Source of the DNA: a virus
DNA: 64,000 nt
Direction: 5' to 3' (one strand)
Virus record (IMG/VR): IMGVR_UViG_3300042449_000993
Span: 108,992 to 172,991 of that record
Positions 1 through 9,281 of this stretch are shown here, in pieces. A model generated the notes under the pieces. That model was not told the DNA's origin, did no database searches, and worked only from the letters and a program-made list of their open reading frames with translations. Each line of letters begins with the position of its first letter. Position 1 is the stretch's first letter. The translations under genes were made by a program, and so were the position numbers.

Positions 1-1
1 T

Positions 2-1081
2 GCGCAAAATCTCACCGAGTCGTTTGTGCCTGATCGCAACGAAACATATGTTCCGTTTGGATTCTACAATGACTTGCGTGACATCATCAAGTCCCAAATA
101 TTCTATCCCATTTATATCACTGGCTTGTCTGGCAATGGCAAGACGTTCATGATTGAGCAGGTTTGTGCTGCGCTCAAACGTGAATTGATCCGCGTGAATA
201 TCACGAAACGCACTGATGAGTCTGATCTGATTGGTTCTTATGAATTGGTCGATGGCAATACTGTGCGTCGTGAAGGACCAGTGATCACTGCGATGCGTCG
301 TGGTGCTGTGCTCTTGCTCGATGAGTGTGATCTCGGCACGGAAGACATTCTGTGCTTGCAGCCGATTCTTGAGGGCAAGCCATACTTTGACAAAAAGACT
401 GGTGAGGTTGTTCATCCTGCTGCTGGCTTCAACGTGATTGCGACTGCGAACACGAAGGGCAAGGGCAGCGACGATGGTCGATTCATCGGCACCAATTTAC
501 TCAACGAAGCATTCCTGGAACGTTTCGCGATCACTGTTGAGCAAGAGTATCCGCCAGCCAATACTGAGCGCAAGATTCTTGAAAAGAATTTCGCTGTTCT
601 GAATATCACTGACACGACGTTCATTGATCGTCTGATCACATGGGCTGAGGTTATCCGCAAGTCTTTTGCTGATGGTGCGGTTGATGAAGTCATCTCGACT
701 CGTCGTCTTGTGCATATCAGCAAGGCATTCTCTATCTTCAACAATCGTTTGAAGGCAATTGAGATGTGCTTGAATCGTTTCGACGCTGACACCAAGACTG
801 CGTTCTTGGATCTGTATACGAAGGTTGATGCTGAGGCGACTCCTGCTCCTGTGGCTCCTGAAGCCACAGCCACCACTGCGCGTCCAGATGAATTGGTCAT
901 AACCAAAGACTACAACACACTCTCTACCACCTTTTCGTATAAGGGTGAGTCTGTGACATTCTCTGAGTTGGAGATTGAAGAGTTGCGAAATCAAGGATTG
1001 TCGAGCGAGCAAATCAAACTCCGTATTATCTCGACTCTTGAGAAGGTTGCTGTTCGCAGAAGCAACGGCGGTGTGTTCTAA
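2..1081 (+). CDS. cobS: CobS/MoxR-like AAA+ ATPase (5' truncated by window)
   Basis: Walker A GLSGNGKT, Walker B LLLDECD, ATANTKG, NEAFLERF and ISTRRL motifs typical of CobS in T4-like phages. The frame is open from base 2, so the true start lies upstream. Confidence 0.85.
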   Translation, partial: AQNLTESFVPDRNETYVPFGFYNDLRDIIKSQIFYPIYITGLSGNGKTFMIEQVCAALKRELIRVNITKRTDESDLIGSYELVDGNTVRREGPVITAMRRGAVLLLDECDLGTEDILCLQPILEGKPYFDKKTGEVVHPAAGFNVIATANTKGKGSDDGRFIGTNLLNEAFLERFAITVEQEYPPANTERKILEKNFAVLNITDTTFIDRLITWAEVIRKSFADGAVDEVISTRRLVHISKAFSIFNNRLKAIEMCLNRFDADTKTAFLDLYTKVDAEATPAPVAPEATATTARPDELVITKDYNTLSTTFSYKGESVTFSELEIEELRNQGLSSEQIKLRIISTLEKVAVRRSNGGVF

Positions 1082-1093
1082 TAGGAGATTATC

Positions 1094-1555
1094 ATGGGTC
1101 TCGATATGTATTTGAATGCTTCGAAGTATCTTTCTGATTACAACGAAGCAGATAAAGAAACGAAAGAAGCAATGGTGAAATTGTTTCCTGAGTTGAAAGA
1201 TTATATGAAAAATGGTGGATTCACATTCAAGGAAGTGACTGCTGAGGTTGGATACTGGCGAAAGGCAAATGCGATTCATAATTGGTTTGTAGAGAATATT
1301 CAAGAAGGCAACGATGATTGTAAGGCATATTTCGTCGGTCGAGAAGAATTAGGCAAACTACACGAATTGTGCCAACAAGTCTTGGCTGATCATAGTCTTG
1401 CTGCAGAACTCTTGCCGCCAACTGATGGATTCTTTTTCGGCAGCACTGAACTTGATGAAGGATATTTCGATGATCTTCGAAACACGATTGAGATCATTGA
1501 TCATGTTCTTGCGCTTCCTGAAGATTGGATGATTGAATATCAATCAAGTTGGTAA
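1094..1555 (+). CDS. conserved phage hypothetical protein
   Basis: SD GGAG upstream; MGLDMYL...YWRKANAIHNWF...GFFFGS...YQSSW pattern seen in many phages. Confidence 0.75.
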   Translation: MGLDMYLNASKYLSDYNEADKETKEAMVKLFPELKDYMKNGGFTFKEVTAEVGYWRKANAIHNWFVENIQEGNDDCKAYFVGREELGKLHELCQQVLADHSLAAELLPPTDGFFFGSTELDEGYFDDLRNTIEIIDHVLALPEDWMIEYQSSW

Positions 1556-1561
1556 GCAAGA

Positions 1562-1591
1562 GTTTACTTTTGGGATTTGTTATTATATAAT
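1562..1591 (+). promoter_or_regulatory. sigma70-type early promoter (GTTTACT-17bp-TATAAT)
   Basis: TTTACT at 1563-1568, TATAAT at 1586-1591, 17-bp spacer. Shares GTTTACTTTTGNGATT with the promoter at 5436. Confidence 0.75.
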
Positions 1592-1648
1592 AACAAGTAT
1601 GTCGCAAGGAAAGCCCCAATCTTGCGATATTATTGAAGGGGTGTTTTT

Positions 1649-1957
1649 GTGAAGGTTATTAATATGTCTAATGCTCTTAATTCGTTTGTTTCTTATCTTG
1701 CTGACGGCAACACCGTGACATCGCGTCAAGTTCGCGCCATGTTCAAGGTTGACAATGCTGCTGACCTCGCTTATCGCGCACGCAATGAAGGTATCTCTGT
1801 ATACACCAATCGCGTCACGAATTCGCGTGGTGAGAAGGTTTTTGCCTATCGTCTTGGCAATCCTTCGAAGCAGTTCGAGAAGTATCTCGATCAGGGTCAA
1901 ATTGCACGTGCTCGCAAGACTCTCTACCGCGATGCTATCAGCGTCACGATGGGCTAA
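1649..1957 (+). CDS. small putative DNA-binding (winged-HTH-like) protein
   Basis: Short ORF with its own promoter and terminator; pattern LADGNTVTSRQVRAMF..NAADLAYRARNEG..VYTN. Start is GTG 1649 or ATG 1664. Confidence 0.6.
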   Translation: MKVINMSNALNSFVSYLADGNTVTSRQVRAMFKVDNAADLAYRARNEGISVYTNRVTNSRGEKVFAYRLGNPSKQFEKYLDQGQIARARKTLYRDAISVTMG

Positions 1958-1986
1958 TCAGCCAATTCTAAAAAACTGAAAAAGTT

Positions 1987-2019
1987 CTGTGGGGGTGCAA
2001 TGCCCCCACAGTTTCATTT
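1987..2019 (+). terminator. Rho-independent terminator
   Basis: CTGTGGGGG-tgcaatg-CCCCCACAG 9-bp stem followed by TTTCATTT. Confidence 0.75.
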
Positions 2020-2040
2020 GCGTTTCGGAAAATACTGAGT

Positions 2041-2069
2041 TTGACATTGCGCCTTGCTGGATATATAAT
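2041..2069 (+). promoter_or_regulatory. consensus sigma70 promoter for the modification cluster
   Basis: TTGACA (2041-2046), 17 bp, TATAAT (2064-2069); SD AGGAG then ATG 2090. Confidence 0.85.
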
Positions 2070-2089
2070 ATCATGAGCAGGAGAAAACT

Positions 2090-3382
2090 ATGACAAAAGT
2101 TATTATTGCCAAATCAAAATTTGATTGCGAACATTTGCTAGGTCAATTTCTTGATGAGTCTCATTTTGACACTCTCATCAATGAAGACACTGATTGTTAT
2201 CTTGGAAGTGAACACGAAGATAATATTGCATTCAAGTTTCGTAAAAATTACTTCAGCAAACAAGAGCAAGATGCTGCGTATGCTGGATTGAGAGAAGCAG
2301 CAACACCAACTCAAAACCGTGGGCTTGCTGCTGGACCGAAAGGTGAGAAATGCGGTGGTCGTGAATGGGCTACTGAGTTTCAATTGCGTGTTTTAGAATT
2401 CTTCAAGAAGCAGCCAGAAAATTCTGTTGTCAAGATTGATGTTGCTGAAGAAGTAGAAAATCTTCGAGAGAAATATAAAGACGAAGGTTCATCACGTGGT
2501 CTTGTTTGGTTGAGTGCCAAAGTCAAAGAGGATAATTTTGACTTTGATAAGTGGCTCAAGAAAGCAGTTAAGATGTCTGTGAAGGATCGTAAAGAAGAAG
2601 CACGTGGTGTTGAAGAAACTTATATCTCTGACACAACTTATGCCAATGTAGTTTTGTCTGGCATTGCTGGATGGTTTGATCGTTATCCTCGCATTCCATA
2701 TGGTCGTGCGACAGCATATACGCAAAACTCATTTGATAAATTTCAAATGTCATTTCCGTTTTTACAAACACTTGATCGCGGTTTTGCAGAATTGTTACCA
2801 AATCGTCATGCTGCTCAACGTGAAGCAGCAGATAAAATTGACCCAGCATTCCTCGTTCCACAAACTGTGTTTACAACAATCACAGTGAACAAAACATTTA
2901 GAACAGCAGCGCATCGCGATGCTGGTGACTTTACGAATGGGTTGAGTAATCTTCTCGTTCTTTCAAATAATGGCAATTATACAGGTGGATATCTCATATT
3001 GCCAGAAGTTCGTATTGCTGTGAATGTACGACCAGGTGACCTGCTGCTTGTCAATAATCATGAGTACATTCACGGCAATACACCTATTGAACTACAAGAT
3101 GAAACTGCTGAGCGTGTAAGTCTTGTTTGTTATCTGCGTGAGAAGATGCTCGAACTTGGAAGCAAAGAGTATGAAGATCATCGATTTAATTATGTTGAGT
3201 CACGTCGAAAAAACAAAGAACATCCACTCCAACGAAGACTCTGGAATGGCATTTCAGAAGGAATGTGGGAAGAACAAGAGTGGTATGACTATCTTGAGAG
3301 AGTTGGTGGAAAAGAGATGGTTCAAAAATACCATCCAAAAGCATATGAAGAAATCTCAACCCTAGAAAATATGTTCGCCTAA
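2090..3382 (+). CDS. TET/JBP-family 2OG-Fe(II) dioxygenase (putative DNA base oxidase)
   Basis: C-terminal double-stranded beta-helix with FTTITVN, HxD (AAHRDAGD), GGYL, DLLL, distal His (HGNTP) and RxS (ERVSLVCYLRE). Confidence 0.75.
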   Translation: MTKVIIAKSKFDCEHLLGQFLDESHFDTLINEDTDCYLGSEHEDNIAFKFRKNYFSKQEQDAAYAGLREAATPTQNRGLAAGPKGEKCGGREWATEFQLRVLEFFKKQPENSVVKIDVAEEVENLREKYKDEGSSRGLVWLSAKVKEDNFDFDKWLKKAVKMSVKDRKEEARGVEETYISDTTYANVVLSGIAGWFDRYPRIPYGRATAYTQNSFDKFQMSFPFLQTLDRGFAELLPNRHAAQREAADKIDPAFLVPQTVFTTITVNKTFRTAAHRDAGDFTNGLSNLLVLSNNGNYTGGYLILPEVRIAVNVRPGDLLLVNNHEYIHGNTPIELQDETAERVSLVCYLREKMLELGSKEYEDHRFNYVESRRKNKEHPLQRRLWNGISEGMWEEQEWYDYLERVGGKEMVQKYHPKAYEEISTLENMFA

Positions 3383-3383
3383 T

Positions 3384-4073
3384 ATGTGCGCAATCATTGG
3401 TGCTTATATTGAGAACCCAAGTTCTCGTGACTTGATTATGCTTGCTGATGTTTTTCGCGAGTCTAGTATTCGCGGATTACATGCAACTGGTGTTTCTTGG
3501 GTGCGTGATGGCGAAGTTAAAACTCGCATTGAGGCTAAACCAGCCACACAGTTTTTAGAATCACTCGATCTAAACAATTGTGTGAATGAAGATGGCAATC
3601 TATATCTAATTGGTCACTGCCGATATTCTACGTCTGATCTTGAGTTCAATCAGCCATTATGGAATGAGAATATTTCGATTGTGCATAATGGCGTGATCAC
3701 ACAAGAGATGCCAGAGAACTGGGAACGTCTATATGGATACAAATGCAAAACCAGAAATGACAGTGAGTTGATCCTTCATACTCTTGAGGCAAAGAAGTCT
3801 CCATTACTTGAGTTTCAGAATGCTTCCATGGCTGTAATTGAGTTATACAAAGAAAATAAACTGCGTTTCTATCGCAACGGTAAGCGTCCAATTTACTTTA
3901 CTTCTTTGCCAAATGGCGGTATAATTACTTCAACGAAAGATATTGCAATTCGTGCTGACCTCAAAAATCCTATTGAGATTGGTATGAACTTTTATACCAC
4001 AATTGGCAAAGGTATCTTTCAGAAGAACTATGTTTTGATTGATGATGCAAAGGATTTACAGCATGTACGATAA
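3384..4073 (+). CDS. class II (Ntn-hydrolase) glutamine amidotransferase
   Basis: N-terminal catalytic Cys (MCAIIG), RGLHATG, GHCRYSTS, NQP, HNGVI, NDSE. Confidence 0.85.
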   Translation: MCAIIGAYIENPSSRDLIMLADVFRESSIRGLHATGVSWVRDGEVKTRIEAKPATQFLESLDLNNCVNEDGNLYLIGHCRYSTSDLEFNQPLWNENISIVHNGVITQEMPENWERLYGYKCKTRNDSELILHTLEAKKSPLLEFQNASMAVIELYKENKLRFYRNGKRPIYFTSLPNGGIITSTKDIAIRADLKNPIEIGMNFYTTIGKGIFQKNYVLIDDAKDLQHVR

Positions 4074-4935
4074 GTCAACGTTTACATATGGTGCTGAGAT
4101 TGAATGGGGTGATATTGATCGTCGTATGGAGATTCCCCCAACTCTCGGCAAATGGGAATATGCTGAAACAGACATTGTAAATCTTCATCCACCATTTCAA
4201 TATCGTGCTTGTGATCCACTTGGCAAAGAGCCATGGATGGGCGGCGAAGTCAATATGATGCCAACTAAAACTTGGCAGGAACAAGTTGATCGTATCATGC
4301 GTTTGAAAGAAATGTTTATTGAGTATGGCAATATGCCTACTGCTTCCTGCGTCAATCATGGACATATTCATGTCTTTGTTCCAGGATTGAAAAATGATAT
4401 TGATGGACTCAAGCGTTTGATTGCTTACATTAAAGACAATCAACAAGATACCATTGAAGCCTGTTATCAATTCTATGAAACTTCTGAGATGAAGCAAGTA
4501 GAAGGCGCAAAGATGTATTTGAAGTTTGATGGTGGTCGTCCAATGCCTGACTATATGTGCGACAACATTATCAATCTTGCAACTGACTTTGATCATTTTA
4601 TTAAATTACATGCTGCTGGCAAAGATGGCGTATCAATGGGTCGACCATTTAGATTTGCCATTAATACTTACTGCATGAAGCATACTGGTACGATTGAGTT
4701 TCGCTGCTTCCGTTCCACAACTAAACGTGAGGAAATGGAATCTCAGTTTCGATTCGTGGAAAAGTTCGTCGACTCAGCACTGAACCAGGGTCCCTCAGTG
4801 AAGGAAATTCTTTCTGAATCTGATTATAAATTTCCACCATTTAAGTGGAATTTGGATGAATATCATGGATGGCAGCAAACCAAATATCCAAAGGAACGTG
4901 GAGAAAAGAAACGCGAGTTCCATGAGGCTGCGTGA
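4063..4935 (+). CDS. putative amidoligase (COOH-NH2 ligase, glutamate-cysteine ligase-like fold)
   Basis: TYGAEIEW, GGEVN, HGHIHV and GTIEFR motifs; ATG 4063 overlaps the end of the GATase gene. Confidence 0.7.
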   Translation: MYDKSTFTYGAEIEWGDIDRRMEIPPTLGKWEYAETDIVNLHPPFQYRACDPLGKEPWMGGEVNMMPTKTWQEQVDRIMRLKEMFIEYGNMPTASCVNHGHIHVFVPGLKNDIDGLKRLIAYIKDNQQDTIEACYQFYETSEMKQVEGAKMYLKFDGGRPMPDYMCDNIINLATDFDHFIKLHAAGKDGVSMGRPFRFAINTYCMKHTGTIEFRCFRSTTKREEMESQFRFVEKFVDSALNQGPSVKEILSESDYKFPPFKWNLDEYHGWQQTKYPKERGEKKREFHEAA

Positions 4936-5428
4936 TACAAGTCGCGATGAATTCGTCGCGCATATCACTGAAGATAAAGCAGACTCTTTTGCCAAGACTT
5001 TTGTGGCAAAGGCTGACATGCAGGAACAATGGCAGTACTGTATTGGGTGTTGGGACGGCGGAGAGTTGGCTGGCGCGATTATCACGACACGATCTAAGAA
5101 AACTCCATATGTCTTCAATCTACAATTGCTTCATACGTTTGCGAAACATAGACGTAAGGGTGTTGCAAGATTACTCACTCAAGACTCTCTTGATCGCGCA
5201 CAAGGTCTTGGCACCAGTTACTATCGCGTTTCAGCAGAGCCTGATGCAGTCGTATTCTATGAATCCATGGGATTCAAATTCTTGGGAAAACAGAAAAGTG
5301 GATGTTCGCTGAGTATGTTCAAGATTAATGGCAAGAATTTCGCCGATGGAATCTATGATCTGAATGATCCTGTTATACATGCAGCAGTGTATAAAAAGGG
5401 TAAAGGTGGATGTGTGCAAGTTTATTAA
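4922..5428 (+). CDS. GNAT-family N-acetyltransferase
   Basis: Acetyl-CoA motif HRRKGVARLL and AVVFYESMGFKF; ATG 4922 overlaps the amidoligase end. Confidence 0.8.
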   Translation: MRLRDTSRDEFVAHITEDKADSFAKTFVAKADMQEQWQYCIGCWDGGELAGAIITTRSKKTPYVFNLQLLHTFAKHRRKGVARLLTQDSLDRAQGLGTSYYRVSAEPDAVVFYESMGFKFLGKQKSGCSLSMFKINGKNFADGIYDLNDPVIHAAVYKKGKGGCVQVY

Positions 5429-5435
5429 AATTGCT

Positions 5436-5465
5436 GTTTACTTTTGCGATTAGATAACCTATAAT
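5436..5465 (+). promoter_or_regulatory. sigma70-type early promoter (GTTTACT-17bp-TATAAT)
   Basis: TTTACT at 5437-5442, TATAAT at 5460-5465; SD AAGGAG before ATG 5536. Confidence 0.75.
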
Positions 5466-5535
5466 ATATCTGTCGCTAATAGTGGTGACAATTTAACCTT
5501 ATATGGCATAATGTTATTTGCCGAAGGAGTTTGAT

Positions 5536-6849
5536 ATGTTGACTAGTAAAGTGTGTTATGTTTATGGTTTTCGTAACATTGAAAATGGGATGATGAACAT
5601 TGGTTATAAGTCCCCCAAAACCGATAAGTTAGATTATATTTCTTCAATCTCTAGTGCCCAGTTCTGGGACGACTTTTACAAGGGTAAACTTGAAAAGTCT
5701 TTATTGTTCGAAGGTAGTGCGCATGAAGACGATATCGCTCAAACACTTGAGTGGTTTGGTCTTGATTATGGCATGTCTTGGAACAAAAATATGTTCTACA
5801 ATAAATCAAACAATGCGCATTGCATTGATGAGTCATTGCTAACTGAAGAACATAAGCAAACACTCGTAGATTGGATTGAGGGTCGTTCTGAAGGCATCAA
5901 GCCAACTGACCGCTTTGTTCAAGACAAAACAACTGTAACAACAATTCATGAAGCGATAAAGTCAGGTCAATACAAAGTTGTTCTTGAACCTGTCAAAACT
6001 GTTCACGCATATAAGAGAAATCAAATTCGCGTTGAACAGATTGACGTTAACCATGTTCGTAAGATCAAATCTCGGTTTGATCAAAACCCCAAAGATGCTT
6101 GGGATTGGTTGATGAAAGATCCTGTAGTTGTCGTTGTTTCTCGTCATAAAAACAAAATTGTATATACCATTCTCAATGGGAATAATCGCCTTGAGGCAGT
6201 TTCGAGAACTGCGCTCAAAGAGATTCCTGTTGTCTATATAAATGAAACTGAGTTTGGTGCTGATGAGAAAACTCGTAATGCCAACTATGATCTGTTTGGT
6301 CTTTTAGAAAATAAAGAGGACTTTATTGTTCGTAAAACCAATACAGATGGTGACATCAAGAGAAATATCAATAACTTCTTGGTGAGCGAAGGATTTGATC
6401 TTTCTGATCCGCTTCAGGTCGACAGTGCTCGTGAATTGATTTATGAACGATTCTCGTTGATCACTGAAGACAAGAAAAAACTCAATGGTTTGTTTCGTTC
6501 TATTATGAACGATTTTGCAACTCAACAAAATGCTTTAAAGTATCAAGACAATTTGATTGCCTATGATGACAATTTCTTGAACAACTACAAAGTGAAGAAG
6601 TATGAGTTGAAAGGTGTTGCAGCGATTCATGCAACTGCTTCGAAGGCAGAACATGCTGTTGCCCTTGGTTATATCGTTCACAGAATGTACAATATGAAAA
6701 AGAAAAAGGGTGCTATTGTTTTGTATTTCAAGAGCAAGAATGAATTGGCTATTGATGATCAAGAAAAGCACATTGACAAACTTCGTGATATGATTCAATA
6801 TATGCAACTTGATGTAACTGTTGATGTCCTCCCTGCGTTCAACAACTAA
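5536..6849 (+). CDS. protein with GIY-YIG-like N-terminus and ParB/Srx-like domain
   Basis: N-terminal CYVYGFRNIENGMMNIGY resembles GIY-YIG; central NQIR...PVVVV...ILNGNNRLEA..IPVVYI resembles ParB-N. Confidence 0.5.
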   Translation: MLTSKVCYVYGFRNIENGMMNIGYKSPKTDKLDYISSISSAQFWDDFYKGKLEKSLLFEGSAHEDDIAQTLEWFGLDYGMSWNKNMFYNKSNNAHCIDESLLTEEHKQTLVDWIEGRSEGIKPTDRFVQDKTTVTTIHEAIKSGQYKVVLEPVKTVHAYKRNQIRVEQIDVNHVRKIKSRFDQNPKDAWDWLMKDPVVVVVSRHKNKIVYTILNGNNRLEAVSRTALKEIPVVYINETEFGADEKTRNANYDLFGLLENKEDFIVRKTNTDGDIKRNINNFLVSEGFDLSDPLQVDSARELIYERFSLITEDKKKLNGLFRSIMNDFATQQNALKYQDNLIAYDDNFLNNYKVKKYELKGVAAIHATASKAEHAVALGYIVHRMYNMKKKKGAIVLYFKSKNELAIDDQEKHIDKLRDMIQYMQLDVTVDVLPAFNN

Positions 6850-7849
6850 AGAGAGGCGCGAGTCATTCATCCGCTGGTATGCGTGGTCGATGCAGTTTGG
6901 CGACTGCGATCCAGCGGTATGGATGACAAACTATCTCCACCGTCGATACGAACACAATGATGAGGAAAAACTCTGGCTTGCATGGCTTTATGGTAACACC
7001 TATCAATTGCCAACTGCATGGGTTCTAAAAAATGAATTCCCAGACTATGAACTTGCTACCGTTGATCGTATCGAATGGTGGAATAGTCACAACTACAAAA
7101 GACTCAGATACCAAGTTGATACAAAGTGGAACAAAGGTCACTTGCCTGCCATGTTCGCATCTTACCAAAAGTTTATTGGCAAGAAAACTCAACGTGAGGT
7201 TCTAGAAAATTATTATGGCGACAACGAAACGCAATCTTTCCACAATCTTTGGAATAATCTTAAAACTTCTCTTCACAAATTTGGTCGCTATTCCACTTGG
7301 TTTTACCTTCAGCATCTTGTTCATACTGCTGGCATTGCTTGTGTACCTGACAGCCTCATGCTTGACGATTTTGCAGGCTCTCGCTCTCATCGTAATGGTC
7401 TGCATCTCGCCCTCGGGCAAGATGACAAATATGATGTTAAACTCACTTCTGGGGAATGCGCAGACCTTGAAAGCCATGCCAAAGAAATTCTTGAGGAAAC
7501 CAGATCTCGATTCCCTCAACTGAGCAATCAAATCGATTTCTTCACGATGGAGACTTGCCTTTGCTCATTCAAGAAAATCTTTCGTGAACATCATGGTCGA
7601 TATCTTGGTTATTATCTTGATCGCCAGTCTGAAGAAATCAATCAAGCAGAAGGCGACGGTTGGACTGGTATTGAATGGAATGTTTTGTGGCAAGCAAGAA
7701 ATGAAACTCTTGATCTCAGACTTGCTCCGAGAAATACAATCAACAAAGAAAAGTTTACTTATTTCTTAAGAACAGGTAGAATAGAACGAATGGATTGGAT
7801 GTTCGATGATGAACAACCAGTGAAAGAAGGTTTGGAGGCATTATGGTAA
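6824..7849 (+). CDS. alpha-glutamyl/putrescinyl-thymine pyrophosphorylase clade 2-like amino acid:DNA transferase
   Basis: GDCDPAVW, WLAWLYG, HhH-like KFGRYSTWFYLQHL and ETCLCSFKK..GRYLGYY motifs; adjacent to a P-loop kinase as in thymine-hypermodifying phages. Confidence 0.7.
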   Translation: MSSLRSTTKERRESFIRWYAWSMQFGDCDPAVWMTNYLHRRYEHNDEEKLWLAWLYGNTYQLPTAWVLKNEFPDYELATVDRIEWWNSHNYKRLRYQVDTKWNKGHLPAMFASYQKFIGKKTQREVLENYYGDNETQSFHNLWNNLKTSLHKFGRYSTWFYLQHLVHTAGIACVPDSLMLDDFAGSRSHRNGLHLALGQDDKYDVKLTSGECADLESHAKEILEETRSRFPQLSNQIDFFTMETCLCSFKKIFREHHGRYLGYYLDRQSEEINQAEGDGWTGIEWNVLWQARNETLDLRLAPRNTINKEKFTYFLRTGRIERMDWMFDDEQPVKEGLEALW

Positions 7850-8424
7850 GAGTGATTGCTATGGGTGGTGAGCCAGCAACTGGCAAAACCACTTTGATGT
7901 TTAAATTGATTTCCATGGCTGATGATTGGGTTACTTCGAAGCCAGAGAAACTTCTTGATGCAATGTATTCCAAGAAACTGAATCTTTATATTCTTGGCAA
8001 GTATGTGAATGATGGTAATGTGTTCCAGGGCACTGATCGTTTGTCAATGGCAGTTCAACCAGATGCTACTGCGTTCTTTAGTAATCTTGCATATGAATCA
8101 AATGCAGATGGTCATAGTGTAAATGTGATCTTCGAAGGTGATCGTTTGTTCAATGGCAAAATGCTTGATCGCCTTTCTGAACTATTCCCAAATGATTTCA
8201 AGATTCTAATCCTTACAGTCAAGGATAGCACTCTTGATCAACGTCACATTGATCGCAAAGATGATCAAGATGACAAATTCAAAAATTCTCGTAAGACTAA
8301 AATCTCGAATATCATGGGGTCGCTGACACTCATGGACTATATAGAGACAATGGTCAACGAAAATCTCGATGATCAGTCTAAGATTATTGATCATATTAGA
8401 AAATTTTACAACTGGAGTGAATAA
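7843..8424 (+). CDS. P-loop nucleotide kinase (5-hydroxymethyl-pyrimidine DNA kinase-like)
   Basis: Walker A GGEPATGKTT, GTDRLSM and VIFEGDRL; overlaps the end of the transferase gene. Confidence 0.7.
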   Translation: MVRVIAMGGEPATGKTTLMFKLISMADDWVTSKPEKLLDAMYSKKLNLYILGKYVNDGNVFQGTDRLSMAVQPDATAFFSNLAYESNADGHSVNVIFEGDRLFNGKMLDRLSELFPNDFKILILTVKDSTLDQRHIDRKDDQDDKFKNSRKTKISNIMGSLTLMDYIETMVNENLDDQSKIIDHIRKFYNWSE

Positions 8425-8426
8425 TT

Positions 8427-9266
8427 ATGCAGTTAGAAGTTAAGGTTGAGGATTTGCGCAAAAACAAACTCTTTGTCGCAACTCCGATGTACGGTGGTAT
8501 GGCGCATGGTATGTATTTGAAGTCTTGTTTAGACTTGCAAGCATTGTGCGCTCAATATGGCATTGAAGTTCGTTTCTCTTTCATCTTCAATGAATCTCTT
8601 ATCACTCGCGCTCGCAATTATCTTGTAGATGAATTCCTTCGTGCAGAAGGTTACACTCATCTCTTATTCATCGACGCTGATATTCATTTTGATCCGCGTG
8701 ATGTTGTTGCATTGCTTGCTCTTGATAAGGATGTTATTGGTGGTCCATATCCAAAGAAATCCATTAAGTGGGGTGCTGTGAAGGAAGCTGTGAAGCGTCA
8801 TCCTGACATTGAGCCTCTTGAAATGGAAAAGGTTGCTGGTGATTTCGTATTCAATCCAGCACCAGGCACTGAAAAATTCTCTGTTGCTGAACCAATTGAA
8901 GTTCTTGAAATTGGTACTGGCTTCATGCTCGTCAAACGTGAAGTCTTTGATAAATTTAAAGAAGCCTATCCTGAGTTTAGTTATCGTCCAGACCATGTTG
9001 GTCAAGCCAACTTCGATGGTAAGCGATACATTCACGCCTATTTCGATACCGTCATTGATCGCAAGCGTGTGGTCATGATGGATGGTATTGAGAAGGAAGT
9101 TGGTGGATCAGATCGCTACTTGTCTGAAGATTATATGTTCTGCCAGTGGTGGCGTCATCTTGGTGGTAAAATTTGGCTCTGCCCATGGATGAAAACACAT
9201 CATATCGGCACTTATGCATTCACTGGTGATATGCCTGCAGTTGCCAATTGGGTCGGTTCTCTTTAA
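8427..9266 (+). CDS. GT-A fold glycosyltransferase-like protein
   Basis: ATPMYGG, ESLITRARN, DxD (FIDADI), GTGFML and LSEDYMFC motifs. Confidence 0.7.
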   Translation: MQLEVKVEDLRKNKLFVATPMYGGMAHGMYLKSCLDLQALCAQYGIEVRFSFIFNESLITRARNYLVDEFLRAEGYTHLLFIDADIHFDPRDVVALLALDKDVIGGPYPKKSIKWGAVKEAVKRHPDIEPLEMEKVAGDFVFNPAPGTEKFSVAEPIEVLEIGTGFMLVKREVFDKFKEAYPEFSYRPDHVGQANFDGKRYIHAYFDTVIDRKRVVMMDGIEKEVGGSDRYLSEDYMFCQWWRHLGGKIWLCPWMKTHHIGTYAFTGDMPAVANWVGSL

Positions 9267-9281
9267 TAAAGAGATTTTGTT

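Noticed and set aside
412-1900. Minus-strand ORFs of 105-268 aa (412-906, 497-1303, 1583-1900)
   Set aside because: They are antisense to well-supported plus-strand genes and have no recognisable motifs.
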